Source of the DNA: Candidatus Binatia bacterium
GTDB lineage: Bacteria; Desulfobacterota; Binatia; HRBIN30
Length of the DNA: 64,000 nt
Direction: 5' to 3'
Assembly (NCBI GenBank): GCA_038245295.1
Contig: JBBRSP010000015.1
Span: 1 to 64,000 of the forward strand
Below, one piece after another: positions 18,801 through 28,688 of this stretch. Made by a program: the position numbers and the translations under genes. The first letter of the stretch is position 1. Each line of letters opens with the position of its first letter. Below the pieces are notes generated by a model. The model was given only the letters and a program-made list of their open reading frames with translations. It had not been told where the DNA came from and searched no databases.

Positions 18801-19515
18801 AACGGTGCAACACGATCTGGACGCGATCGCGGCCAACTATGACTCGGGGGCAGACTTCGACTCGCATTCTCTACGATACGGGGCGCGGCGGGTCGTCCAC
18901 CGCAGCCTTGGAACCTCCCTGCTGGAGTGCTCCTGCGCCTCGGGCGTCATGAGCGAGATCTTTGCTGACACATTCGAGAGTGTGGTGATTGTCGAAGGGT
19001 CGGCACTGTATTGCGATCAGGTGCGCCGCAAGTTGGTGAGCCACGCCAACGTCGAGGTGCATCACTCCCGGCTCGAAGAGTTCACAACCGCGACACGTTT
19101 CGACGAGGTGGTGGCGGCCTCGATTCTGGAGCACCTGGACAACCCAGTGGAGTTCCTCAAACGTGCCATCGCCCAATGGCTGGGACCACAAGGGCAGCTG
19201 CACATCATCGTCCCGAATGCCGGTTCCCTGAACCGCCGCATCGGCGTCGCCATGGGCTTGATGCCCAATCTCTACCACCTGCACGAGCGTGACCATGCCT
19301 TGGGACATCAACGCGTCTACGACCTCGACCACCTCTTGGCAGACATCGCGCAGGCTGGGCTGAAACCGATGGCCGTCGAGGGAATTCTCTTGAAGCCTTT
19401 ATCCAATGCGCAAATGCAGTCGTGGGATCCGAAGATCATCGAGGCCTTGTTCGCGGTGGGCGAAGAACTTCCGAACATCAGCAATCAGCTTTACGTGACG
19501 GCAACGCGAGCATGA
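18793..19515 (+). CDS. Class I SAM-dependent methyltransferase
   Basis: LLECSCASG, FDEVVAASILEHLDNP, IIVPNA. Confidence 0.85.
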   Translation: MSRTVQHDLDAIAANYDSGADFDSHSLRYGARRVVHRSLGTSLLECSCASGVMSEIFADTFESVVIVEGSALYCDQVRRKLVSHANVEVHHSRLEEFTTATRFDEVVAASILEHLDNPVEFLKRAIAQWLGPQGQLHIIVPNAGSLNRRIGVAMGLMPNLYHLHERDHALGHQRVYDLDHLLADIAQAGLKPMAVEGILLKPLSNAQMQSWDPKIIEALFAVGEELPNISNQLYVTATRA

Positions 19516-20252
19516 CTCCCGAGCCGCGCATCCTGATTGTGATCTTCGCGTTCAACGAAGGCGTAAAACTGCGGCGCGCGGTGGATCGGCTGGCGCGAGC
19601 CCGCCCCACCCTTCCGCCCAGGTGCGATGTCGCCATCATGGACGATGGTTCGACCGACGGACAGCCCGAAACGCTGGCCGCGGCAAACGGCTTCCAACTC
19701 ATCCGGCACAACTTGAATTCCGGCGTCGGCGCAGCGGTGCGAAGCGTCATCAGGTACTGCCGCGAGCATGGCTACGAAGCCACCGCTTGGGTTGCGGGGA
19801 ACGACAAAGACAATCCCGACGAACTGGCAAGACTGCTTGATCCAATTCTTTCCGGAGTCGCCGACTTCGTGCAGGGCTCGCGGTACGCGCCGGGCGGCGA
19901 ATTCGGCAACATGCCGGCCTATCGGCAAGTGGCAACTCGCTTCATTCATCCCTTTCTTATGCGTTTGGTGACGGGCTTCCGATTCACCGACAGCACCAAC
20001 GGATTCCGCGCCATGAGGTTGGGCATCTTCGACGACGATCGGATTGACCTGCACCAGCCGTGGTTAGATGCGTATGAGATGGAACCATACATCGTCTTCA
20101 AGGTGGTGAGCTTGGGGTATCGCCTGGTGGAAGTGCCATGCACAAAGATCTACCCGCCGGCCTCCGAAGGGTACACGAAGATGAAGCCGTTTACCGGTTG
20201 GTGGAGCATTCTTCGTCCGCTGCTGATCCTCGGGCTCGGCCTCAAGCGCTAA
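19512..20252 (+). CDS. Glycosyltransferase family 2 (DPM1-like)
   Basis: FNEG, DDGSTD, NSGVG, VQGSRY, TDSTNGFR; ATGA overlap. Confidence 0.88.
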   Translation: MTPEPRILIVIFAFNEGVKLRRAVDRLARARPTLPPRCDVAIMDDGSTDGQPETLAAANGFQLIRHNLNSGVGAAVRSVIRYCREHGYEATAWVAGNDKDNPDELARLLDPILSGVADFVQGSRYAPGGEFGNMPAYRQVATRFIHPFLMRLVTGFRFTDSTNGFRAMRLGIFDDDRIDLHQPWLDAYEMEPYIVFKVVSLGYRLVEVPCTKIYPPASEGYTKMKPFTGWWSILRPLLILGLGLKR

Positions 20253-20265
20253 ATGAGGCCATGCT

Positions 20266-20970
20266 ATGCCCCCGAATTGGAATCGAACTCAGCAGGACTA
20301 TTACGACTACCACTCCGATGAATACACGGGTGAAAGGATCGGGCGCTCACGCGCCTTCGCCCGGAAGGCATCGATCTTGGCGCGCAGCCTGCGACAGGAA
20401 TCCCTCAATGCTATTCTCGAAGTCGGTGCCGGCAGCGGACTGGTAACAACACAACTCGCGCCGCAGCTCGCTGGGGTGCAGTACACGGCGCTCGATTTGT
20501 CGGTCGCCATGGCGGCGGCCGGCAAGTCACACGCACCGGGCCGTCACCCCACTTGGACGGTCGCGGATGCCGGCGCCGTTCCGTTCACGGCTGAGTGCTT
20601 TGATGCCATCGTTGCCGTTGATCTGGTGCATCATCTCTCAGCCCCCGTGGCATGCATGCGCGAGTGGCGCCGCATTACTCGTCCTGGCGGGCAACTCCGT
20701 CTGTTAGAAACGAACCCGTATCATCCGATCAACCTGCAATTCATTGGCGTCGAGCATGAGCAGCGACTGTTCATGAACAGTCGCGCAAATCTCGTAAAGT
20801 GGGCGCAGGACGCCGGCTGGCGCGACGTGCGCCTTCTCCCCACCGCAGCTTTTACCCCGTCGGGGCCACGTCCACTGTGGTCGATCCTCAACGCCATCGA
20901 CCGGCTGGCGCTGTATGCGCCGGCAGCTCATTGGTTATCACTCTTGTGGTTGCTTACCGCTAAGCGGTAG
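20266..20970 (+). CDS. Class I SAM-dependent methyltransferase
   Basis: ILEVGAGSG, LDLS, PF...FDAI, VHHL, RPGG. Confidence 0.85.
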   Translation: MPPNWNRTQQDYYDYHSDEYTGERIGRSRAFARKASILARSLRQESLNAILEVGAGSGLVTTQLAPQLAGVQYTALDLSVAMAAAGKSHAPGRHPTWTVADAGAVPFTAECFDAIVAVDLVHHLSAPVACMREWRRITRPGGQLRLLETNPYHPINLQFIGVEHEQRLFMNSRANLVKWAQDAGWRDVRLLPTAAFTPSGPRPLWSILNAIDRLALYAPAAHWLSLLWLLTAKR

Positions 20971-21016
20971 GGACATAACCCGCAACAATGGCGCACTCGC
21001 AGCGGAGGATCTGGGC

Positions 21017-21694
21017 GTGATCGCCCGGCCGATTGTCGCACTGATCGACCTGGATGGTCCCGTCCTCGATGTTCGGCGACGATACTTCCGCGTCCACACC
21101 GCCGCGGCTGACGGCCTTCTTGGGTGCCGCGCCTTGTCCGCAGAGGAGTATTGGCGGGCCAAGCGGGAACGACAGACATTGGCCACGATCTTGGGGCGCC
21201 CGGACGGGCACCCCGATCTGGCTCGGTATGCCGCGCGCTGGCGTCAGCTAATCGAGTCAGCCGACCAGCTTGGTCTCGACGAAATTCAGCCGGGCGCGCA
21301 CGACGCTTTGCGCCGCTTCCGTGTGGTTCCCAAGTTGGTGCTGGTGACGATGCGTTCCTCGCCCAGCGGCGTCGAGGTGACTCTGGATCGTCTGTCTCTG
21401 CGACCATTGGTTGACCACGTCGAGATCATCCCCCACAGCCAAGGTTCGAAACAGCCCGCCTTCACTCGTCTGGGAACGAGTGATCCGGTCGCCACGGTCG
21501 TGATCGGTGACACCGAGATAGACATTGAGGCAGCACAGGCGCTGCACTTCCGCACCGTCGCCGTCAGCAATGGAATTCGCACGCCGCAATGGCTCGCAGA
21601 GCTTGGGGCCGATGCGGTGGTTGCCGACCTGGGCGGCGCGGCCGACTTGCTGCTTGGCGATCCGGCGGTTAGCGGAGAACAGCCATGCAAATGA
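21017..21694 (+). CDS. HAD-family hydrolase
   Basis: DLDGPVLD, LVTMR, IGDTEIDI; GGAGG before GTG 21017. Confidence 0.82.
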   Translation: MIARPIVALIDLDGPVLDVRRRYFRVHTAAADGLLGCRALSAEEYWRAKRERQTLATILGRPDGHPDLARYAARWRQLIESADQLGLDEIQPGAHDALRRFRVVPKLVLVTMRSSPSGVEVTLDRLSLRPLVDHVEIIPHSQGSKQPAFTRLGTSDPVATVVIGDTEIDIEAAQALHFRTVAVSNGIRTPQWLAELGADAVVADLGGAADLLLGDPAVSGEQPCK

Positions 21695-22800
21695 TCCCCC
21701 TGGTTGATCTTCGACAGCAGTACCTCTCGTTGCGGACTGAGATCGACGCGGCCGTCTCCAGCGTGATCGAGAGCGCCGCATTCATCAACGGCCCCGATGT
21801 CGCCGCCTTCGAGACAGAGTTCGCCAAGTTCTGCGACGCGCAACACTGTGTCGGCGTCTCGTCCGGCCTCGAAGCGCTGCGGATGATCCTGGTCGCCCTC
21901 GGTATCGGCGTCGGTGACGAAGTGATCGTCCCCGCCAATACGTTCATCGCCACGGCCTTGGCGGTGAGTGGGGTCGGTGCGTCGGTGGTTCTGGTCGACT
22001 GTGATCGCCGCACCGCCAACATCGATCCCCTAGCCGTCGAGGACGCCATCACCTCGCGCACCAAGGCAATCATGCCTGTCCATCTCTACGGCCAACCGGT
22101 GCAGTGGAACGCCTTGGCAGACATCGCTGCGAAGCACGGCGTTGCACTCATCGAGGATGCGGCCCAAGCACACGGCGCGCGCTGGGAGGATCGCGCTTGT
22201 GGCAATCTGGGAGTCGCCGCGGCCTTCAGCTTCTATCCAGGTAAGAACCTCGGCGCCTTCGGCGATGGCGGCGCCGTGACGACCAACGATGCGGCGCTGG
22301 CCGAGCGCCTCCGTCAGGCGCGCAGCTATGGCGAGCGGCGCAAATACGAACACGTCGTCAAAGGCGGTAACTGGCGGCTCGACACCATCCAGGCCGCCGT
22401 GTTGCGCGTGAAGTTGCGCCACCTGGCGGAGTGGAACGAAGAGCGGCGTCACGCGGCGGCGCGCTACAGTACCGCCCTGGCCGAGATGCCCGGCGTGTCC
22501 TTGCCGGCGGTTCTCCCCAATGTCACGCCCGTTTGGCACCTGTACGTCATCGAAGTCGAGGAGCGCGACCGAGTCCTCGCCAGCTTGCAGCAACAGGGAA
22601 TCATGGCCGGGGTACACTACCCGTGCCCCATCCATCTGCAGCCGGCCTACGCCGACCTCGGCCACCAACGCGGCACGTTTCCCAACGCCGAAGCCGCCGC
22701 GGCGCGTATTCTCAGCCTGCCATTGTTCCCCGAGATTACCGCCGATCAGACCGACCGCGTCGTGGATGGCCTGCGCCGGGCCCTCGGGGAGCCCGCCTAG
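21685..22800 (+). CDS. DegT/DnrJ/EryC1/StrS aminotransferase (WbpE/FdtB-like)
   Basis: PANTFIAT, PVHLYGQ, EDAAQAHG, SFYPGKNLGAFGDGG. Confidence 0.93.
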   Translation: MQMIPLVDLRQQYLSLRTEIDAAVSSVIESAAFINGPDVAAFETEFAKFCDAQHCVGVSSGLEALRMILVALGIGVGDEVIVPANTFIATALAVSGVGASVVLVDCDRRTANIDPLAVEDAITSRTKAIMPVHLYGQPVQWNALADIAAKHGVALIEDAAQAHGARWEDRACGNLGVAAAFSFYPGKNLGAFGDGGAVTTNDAALAERLRQARSYGERRKYEHVVKGGNWRLDTIQAAVLRVKLRHLAEWNEERRHAAARYSTALAEMPGVSLPAVLPNVTPVWHLYVIEVEERDRVLASLQQQGIMAGVHYPCPIHLQPAYADLGHQRGTFPNAEAAAARILSLPLFPEITADQTDRVVDGLRRALGEPA

Positions 22801-25052
22801 GATCGATTCATCACCGTCGACAGATAGCGCACCGTAACCGGAAGGCCTGGCAATGGCTGCGGAAACCACGAGCCATCCTGCGCCAGCCCGAGCACCAATG
22901 AGTACACCCCGGGGCGCGGCGGCGCACTGACCCAGACACGCACCCGCGTCGACTCGCCCGGCGCGAGGTCATACGGTAGCCGGGCGCCGTCCAGACGCTC
23001 CAGAACAACACTGCCATCGGCGGCCTGCCAGCGATAAGCGACCTTCACCAACCCCGGGCTCACGGTTGCCAGAGCCGGCCAGGTGACCCCGCCGCGGTTG
23101 GTGATCAGCAAGTCAACCGCAACATTGAAGACCGCAACCGCCTGGCTTGGCACCTCTCCCGCGACGGCGATTTCGGCGGCTCGATGCTCGATAGGCACCG
23201 GCCGGATCGGCACGCCTAGGATGGTCGTGTCGACTGGGGTGTACGTCGTAAGGCGCGCAATCAGGTCGCCCGCAACGACACCGACGAGATCAACCTCGTA
23301 CAACAGGTCGCTTCCGTACTGGCTGATGAGCCGCAGCCCCGCTTCATCCTCGAGGTTGCCGCTCCAGCGTGACTGGTCGGACGGGCTCAGTTCGTCGCGA
23401 TGCACGATGATGTAGCGCACTCCCGTGGCGCGTCGCAGGACACGCACCGCCCTGGCCTCGGGGAGCACCGCCGCCAACGCTAGGACCGGATCGGCCGATG
23501 CCGGCGGGTACTGGCTGTAGCCGTTCAGCAGGCGCATGCCGTGGAAGGCGGCGAAGTAGACATAATTGATCTCGCGGACCATCCCATCCATCGTTGCTAG
23601 ACTATGAATCGGCAGCTCGAGAACAGGTCCTGGCGAGAGGCTACCGAGCACCCGGTAGACCGGCGGTAGATTCGCGTTGGTCGGAACCGACTCGGTGGCA
23701 AACCGGAAACGGAAGTAATCGTACTCGAAGGCGGTGGCGACCAATGCCACCAGGGTCACGACGACCCGCCGCCCGCGCCGCCCGGCGAGTCGCTGCAGTA
23801 GGCGGTCGAAGCCCATCCCCGCCAGCGCTGCGAAGCCGAAGATCAGCAGGAAGCCGAAACGTGCCGGCGAGCGCATGGACGAGAAGCCGGGGACAAATTT
23901 CAAGAAGAGAGCGTACGGCCCGCTGATGGCGATCCCGGCGATGTCGATTTGCGGGCCGAGCGCCAGCAGCCAACAGAGAATGAGCGCCGCCAGGCATGCG
24001 GTAACAGCCCAATCCGGCGCCACCCGTGCAGGCCGCGTCGAGTGGCGGCGCAGCAGCAGCATCGCGCTCAGGGCGGGCACCAGACCGAGATAGAGCATCA
24101 ACCCATGTCGCAGCGACCAACCCCACTCGCGCACCGCCAGCGGCGGTAGAACAAAATTGCGCCATGGATCGCTCGACGATGACATCAGACGCACAGGGTC
24201 AATGTATTCGCGGATCGCCCCGAGGTTGCGGCGTTCGAGGTACGGCAGACTGAGGACACCCATCGCCGCACATGCGAGCCCCGCAGCCAGGGCGGCAGCA
24301 CCCACGTGCTTCCAGTTCAGCCGGCCGCGCGATGCAATCAAAACGCCGAGCCCATAGGCGGCCAGCGTCAGCAGCGTCATGTAGGCGACGTAGTAGCCGC
24401 AGAGCATTTGCATCAAGAGCAGGAAGCCCAGGGAGGCGGCGTGGCGGACCCGCCCGTCGACCAGGACACGATCCAAGTAGAGAACGACCAGCGGTAGGTA
24501 GTAGACGGCGATGGTCTGAATCGAGACCGGGCCGTAGTGGGTGCGCGCCGGGAACAGGGCGTAGACAAAGCCGCCGAAGAAGGCGGCAGCACGGGAGACG
24601 CTCCAATGACGCAGTAACGCATACATGGCCGCGCCGCACAGCGAAATCGAAAACAGAATGTCGAGTTGGTAGGCCAACACCGGGTTGCCCGTGAGCCCAC
24701 ACACGGTGCCGAAGATCGGTTGTTGCCCGATCACGTGCTCGGCAGCCGCCAGCAGGTTCGGGGCTGGATGAAACATATTGGCATTGAACAGGTTGCCAGG
24801 GTCGGTGCGTAGAGCGCGCCACACCCAGGCCAACACCCAGACGCTCATCTTCACGTCAGGGAGGCCGAGGATCCCGGCACCGCCCTTGTTCAGTGGATCG
24901 ACAACTTCACTGGCGGGATGGAGGAAGAGGGGGTACATCGCCAGCCACGTGAGCGACGTATAGGTTGCGATGATCCCGACGCATTCGGCGCCTCGCAGCG
25001 CCGCCGCCCAGGGGCCGCGCGGAAACAGAACCCGCACCAACCGGGCCAGCAT
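22797..25052 (-). CDS. Polytopic membrane protein, YfhO/GT-C-like, with C-terminal Ig-like domain
   Basis: Many TM segments; NANMFHP, RSPARF, VLELP, NGYS motifs; LAPGES-type beta C-terminus. Confidence 0.7.
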   Translation of the reverse strand: MLARLVRVLFPRGPWAAALRGAECVGIIATYTSLTWLAMYPLFLHPASEVVDPLNKGGAGILGLPDVKMSVWVLAWVWRALRTDPGNLFNANMFHPAPNLLAAAEHVIGQQPIFGTVCGLTGNPVLAYQLDILFSISLCGAAMYALLRHWSVSRAAAFFGGFVYALFPARTHYGPVSIQTIAVYYLPLVVLYLDRVLVDGRVRHAASLGFLLLMQMLCGYYVAYMTLLTLAAYGLGVLIASRGRLNWKHVGAAALAAGLACAAMGVLSLPYLERRNLGAIREYIDPVRLMSSSSDPWRNFVLPPLAVREWGWSLRHGLMLYLGLVPALSAMLLLRRHSTRPARVAPDWAVTACLAALILCWLLALGPQIDIAGIAISGPYALFLKFVPGFSSMRSPARFGFLLIFGFAALAGMGFDRLLQRLAGRRGRRVVVTLVALVATAFEYDYFRFRFATESVPTNANLPPVYRVLGSLSPGPVLELPIHSLATMDGMVREINYVYFAAFHGMRLLNGYSQYPPASADPVLALAAVLPEARAVRVLRRATGVRYIIVHRDELSPSDQSRWSGNLEDEAGLRLISQYGSDLLYEVDLVGVVAGDLIARLTTYTPVDTTILGVPIRPVPIEHRAAEIAVAGEVPSQAVAVFNVAVDLLITNRGGVTWPALATVSPGLVKVAYRWQAADGSVVLERLDGARLPYDLAPGESTRVRVWVSAPPRPGVYSLVLGLAQDGSWFPQPLPGLPVTVRYLSTVMNRS

Positions 25053-25058
25053 TGTCGA

Positions 25059-25616
25059 CTAGAACGCCGTCCCGGGACGACGGAAAGCGAGCAGGTCAAG
25101 CGCCTGGTAGCGGTCGTCAGGGATTTCGAAATCCTTGATGCCGACCGAATCGGTGGGCTGCTCGCCATTGATCCTCTGGTACACCCGGCGCACTATGTTG
25201 GGATGGCTCCGGCGGAGGAAGGCCCACGGGACAAGGCGGCGTGAACTCGGCGGATCGAGCGACACAATCGGCGCGGCATAGGCACTACGGGAGCCCTCGC
25301 AGGCGATCTCCTTTTCATTGCCGCAGCCGCCGCGCATGACCACGATCGGAGAGATGCGCTCGAAAATTGCTCCGAAGTCGGCCGACGCTGCCATCTGCCT
25401 TCCAACGTCGGCCGAAAACAGCGGGTCGCATGCAACCAAATGCTCGCCCCCAAAAACCCCGCCGTCGTCCATCGTCCCTTCAGTTGTCGAGTGCGCGCCA
25501 ATTTTCACACGTTCGGCACCAAACCACAATGCCGTGCGGTCGATGAGAACATCCTCGTCAACCGCGGCAAACCCAACGCGGCGCAACTCCTCCGCGGTCA
25601 GAAACGACGAAGTCAT
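25059..25616 (-). pseudogene. Chimeric remnant: hexapeptide acyltransferase N-terminus joined to an internally deleted paralog of the 27599-28405 methyltransferase
   Basis: SFLTAEELRRVGFAAVDEDVLIDR then DGGVFGGEHLVACDPLFSAD and DLLAFRRPG, matching DGGIFTGERLVAGDPLFAAD and DLLAICRPG; SAM motif absent. Confidence 0.7.
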
Positions 25617-25846
25617 GGGCTCGCTCGACTACCACAGCCAAACCGACCTCACCAGCGCCCGCCCTCCCCTTGCCCACAGCGTCGGTGCAGACAACAACGC
25701 CCGCCGTGGAGCGCGCGCCTACCACACGGTGGGCCAGGCCCGAGACGGTTGCGGTTGAGCCGACCAGGACGCAAACATCCCCTCCCCGTTGCCCCTGCGG
25801 CGAGGCTTCCCCTGAAGGGGACGTATTGTTGTATTGTTCGCGGATC

Positions 25847-26216
25847 TGTCCCGGAAACGGATCCCGATGGATATTTCGCCACGGACCTGTCCCGCAAACA
25901 GATTTCCATGACGTATCCGTCGAGCCAGTGTCCTCGAGAAAAATCTCGCGGACAGTTCGGTTAAGATTGTGTCCTCCAAAGAAAAGTCCGTCGCCTATCG
26001 TGTCAGTCTTGTGGCCTCGAAATCGTTTTCCAGGACATGTCTGGCGCAGACGTGTCCTCGGAATTTAAAACGGAGTCCGTTTCGTGATGATTGCGGCCTT
26101 GAAACAAGAACCAACGCTTGAAATCCTAACCATACGCCCTCGTGCAGATTTTCCAGGACATAGGAGTCACCAATACGTCCCGGAAACAAACTTTGCGGGA
26201 CATTGAGGCTACGGTT
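25847..26216. repeat. Array of nine degenerate units with 41-bp period, most containing a 26-27-bp dyad
   Basis: Unit starts at 25847, 25888, 25929, 25970, 26012, 26053, 26094, 26135, 26176; approximate consensus YGTCCYSGAAA-N4/5-TTTCSRGGACA. Confidence 0.75.
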
Positions 26217-26373
26217 GCACGGCAATTCTGAATGTGAGGCCTTCGAGGCGCGGCCAAACGTACGGGCGCCGTTCTCAGGAGGTCGGTGGCGGCGTGAGGA
26301 TGTCGCCGTTCGTCAAGATGAGTGGCCCGGTTAGGTCGCCGCGAACCCAGGCAAACGTAAGGGCGGGGGCGGT

Positions 26374-27393
26374 TTATTGACCCGACCGCTCGCGCAACTG
26401 CCGAGCGGCGCCGCGCAACACTTCCAGTGGGTTCTCGCCGCTCGCCACCCACCACACCATGCCGAAGATGCCGTTGATGACGCCAACCAGGCCCATCAGG
26501 ATCGACAGCGCGACCGCTGTCTCCATACCGATGCCCCAAAGGCTGAGGGCACCCACCATCGCTCCCTCGCGTAGCCCCCAGCCGGCAACCGACAGCGGAA
26601 TCGACAGGGTCAACGTAACCCACGGCACGATCAGCATGCTGTCCAAGGCACCCAGCTTTGCCCCAAGCGCTGCCGCGCCGACCCACAAGGCCAGGCTTCC
26701 GATCAGATGCGAGACAATCGCAATAGCCATGAGGGTCGGACTGCCGGCATCAAGCACGAGCACGCGGCGCGCCTGATCAAGGAGATCGGCGATACGGCCA
26801 ACCAGGGCCACTCCACGGAACGGCTGCAGCACACTGGCGCCACCGACGACAAGGATCAGGAGAGCCACACCGGCGGCGAGCACCGCGGCGAAGCCGTATT
26901 GAACTGGCCCGGGTGGAACGCGTTGGTAGAGCAGCGGCGCCGAAGCGAGCACGATGAGCACCAGCGACACGAGGGCGCAGATGCGGTCGATGACAACACT
27001 GTGAACCGCGGACTCGAGCCCCATGCCGCGCTGCCGCGCCGCCAGCACGCGGTAGGCGTCACCACCGACAAACGACGGCAGACACTGATTGATGGCGACA
27101 CTGACGAACACCGCCCGGGTCGCGACCTGCCCACCGAGACGGGTGCCAAGCGTAACGGCAATGCGCTGCCAGCGCACGGCGACAAGCGTGATCTGGGCCG
27201 CGCCCAGGAGGACAGCCGGCGGCCAGAACCAGATTGGTGTTGCGCCGAGCAAGGCACCGACTTTGGCGACGTCGACCTGACGCGCAATGATGGCGAAGAT
27301 GCCGAGGGTACCGCCGATCCGTAGAAGCCAGGAGATCGTGCCGCTGCGTTTGCTTGCGCCGCCCGGCTCGCCGCTATCGGCGCGGCGACTCAC
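26374..27393 (-). CDS. Lysylphosphatidylglycerol synthase TM-domain / UPF0104 putative flippase
   Basis: RW, NQCLPSFVGGDAYR, SVVIDR, PLSVAGWGLRE; AAGGAGG before GTG 27393. Confidence 0.85.
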   Translation of the reverse strand: MSRRADSGEPGGASKRSGTISWLLRIGGTLGIFAIIARQVDVAKVGALLGATPIWFWPPAVLLGAAQITLVAVRWQRIAVTLGTRLGGQVATRAVFVSVAINQCLPSFVGGDAYRVLAARQRGMGLESAVHSVVIDRICALVSLVLIVLASAPLLYQRVPPGPVQYGFAAVLAAGVALLILVVGGASVLQPFRGVALVGRIADLLDQARRVLVLDAGSPTLMAIAIVSHLIGSLALWVGAAALGAKLGALDSMLIVPWVTLTLSIPLSVAGWGLREGAMVGALSLWGIGMETAVALSILMGLVGVINGIFGMVWWVASGENPLEVLRGAARQLRERSGQ

Positions 27394-27598
27394 GAGGCTA
27401 ACCCTCCTTGCATGGCATGAATGACCTGCCACTGCTCGGCTTCACTCAAGCTGGTTGAACAACGCAGGGTAAGCAGTGGGCCCCAGACCATTTCCACGAC
27501 AGGTGCCAGTTCATGTGGGCAGGCGGCGGACGGTGCGCTGTTGCGACAGCCCGGAGCAATGAACGGCGTCGCCACAACGATGAGGCGGGCCATCGAAT

Positions 27599-28405
27599 TC
27601 ATCCGGGGCGACAGATCGCCAAGAGATCGACCGAGTCGTTAGGATCAGCGCCGATCGAGAAGTCGGCCGGCGTGATCGTCGCCATCTGGCTGCCCGACTG
27701 CTGGATGCCCTTGCGTACGAGTCGCGCCAGTTTCGGGTAAGCCCATTCGACCACCGACTTGGGAATGAGGTTGCGCAGCCCAAGCGGATCAAAGCGTAGG
27801 ATCCGATTGGCCTGCACGCCTCGCGCCCGTTCGAACGCCATCACCTTGTCATTGCCACAAACGCCCTGCATGTCGACGTCGCGGAACACTCGCTTCAGTA
27901 CCGTCGTCAGCTCCTCGGGCAGATACTCGCGCACGTGGTATGGATTCTCGACGAAGGAATTTTTGCGATTCGGTGTGATGACGACCAGGAAACCGTCGGG
28001 GCGCAGCACTTGCCGCACCTGTTCGAGGAATGGCTGCGGATCCTCCAGGTGCTCGATGACCTGGAAGTTGCAAACGATATCGAATTGACGATCGAGCGAA
28101 ATCAGGCGTGTCAGATCGCAGGCCTGGTAGGCGAGATTGGCGCGTTGATAACGGCGTCGCGCCGTCTCGATGGTGATCTCGGAGCGATCGACGCCGAGGA
28201 CCGACGTCGCCGTCTGGGCGATCTGGTCGCTGCCGTAGCCATCACCACAGCCGGCATCCAACACCTCGCGGCCGCGACACAGCTGTTGGGCGAATCCATA
28301 GGCCGCCAGATGCCGCGCAAAGTCCGCCGCAAATAGCGGATCGCCCGCGACCAATCGCTCTCCTGTAAAGATCCCGCCGTCGTTCATCGCGTATTCACTC
28401 TTCAC
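27599..28405 (-). CDS. Class I SAM-dependent methyltransferase
   Basis: TGER, VLDAGCGDGYG, FQVIEHL, TPNR, NPYHVREY. Confidence 0.9.
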   Translation of the reverse strand: MKSEYAMNDGGIFTGERLVAGDPLFAADFARHLAAYGFAQQLCRGREVLDAGCGDGYGSDQIAQTATSVLGVDRSEITIETARRRYQRANLAYQACDLTRLISLDRQFDIVCNFQVIEHLEDPQPFLEQVRQVLRPDGFLVVITPNRKNSFVENPYHVREYLPEELTTVLKRVFRDVDMQGVCGNDKVMAFERARGVQANRILRFDPLGLRNLIPKSVVEWAYPKLARLVRKGIQQSGSQMATITPADFSIGADPNDSVDLLAICRPG

Positions 28406-28484
28406 CCTTCACGCTTCCGCTTCGTTGTGGCTGCGGTCGTATACTCAATACGATGGGCGCCGCAACTGTGGAGGTTCCGCATGG

Positions 28485-28645
28485 GTAGGCGCAGGCTTCA
28501 GAGGCTGTCTCAAAACATAGGCTCACCCATCGACGGGCTCAGGGCGAGCGGACACAATGTCTTTGAAAATCAACCAAGCACCCGCTCAGGCTGAGCCTGT
28601 CGAAGCCGGCTCCGCAAGGTTTTGAGACAGCCTCTTCAGCCTGCG
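28485..28645 (+). repeat. GTAG-type REP interrupted by MITE copy 2
   Basis: GTAGG-CGCAGGC-TTCA...TTCA-GCCTGCG. Confidence 0.75.
28501..28634. mobile_element. 134-bp MITE, copy 2
   Basis: Same TIRs and TTCA duplication (28497-28500, 28635-28638); four substitutions versus 102-235 by manual comparison. Confidence 0.85.
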
Positions 28646-28688
28646 TCCATCTCGCTCCGGAGCGCACGGCGACACAGACAAACGCGGC

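Noticed and set aside
25847..26216. CRISPR interpretation of the 41-bp array
   Set aside because: Repeats are too degenerate, linkers only ~15 bp, and no cas genes in the window
27390..27602. 70-aa minus-strand ORF with ATGA overlap after the methyltransferase
   Set aside because: No recognisable motif or TM; overlap alone is insufficient, though a small gene cannot be excluded
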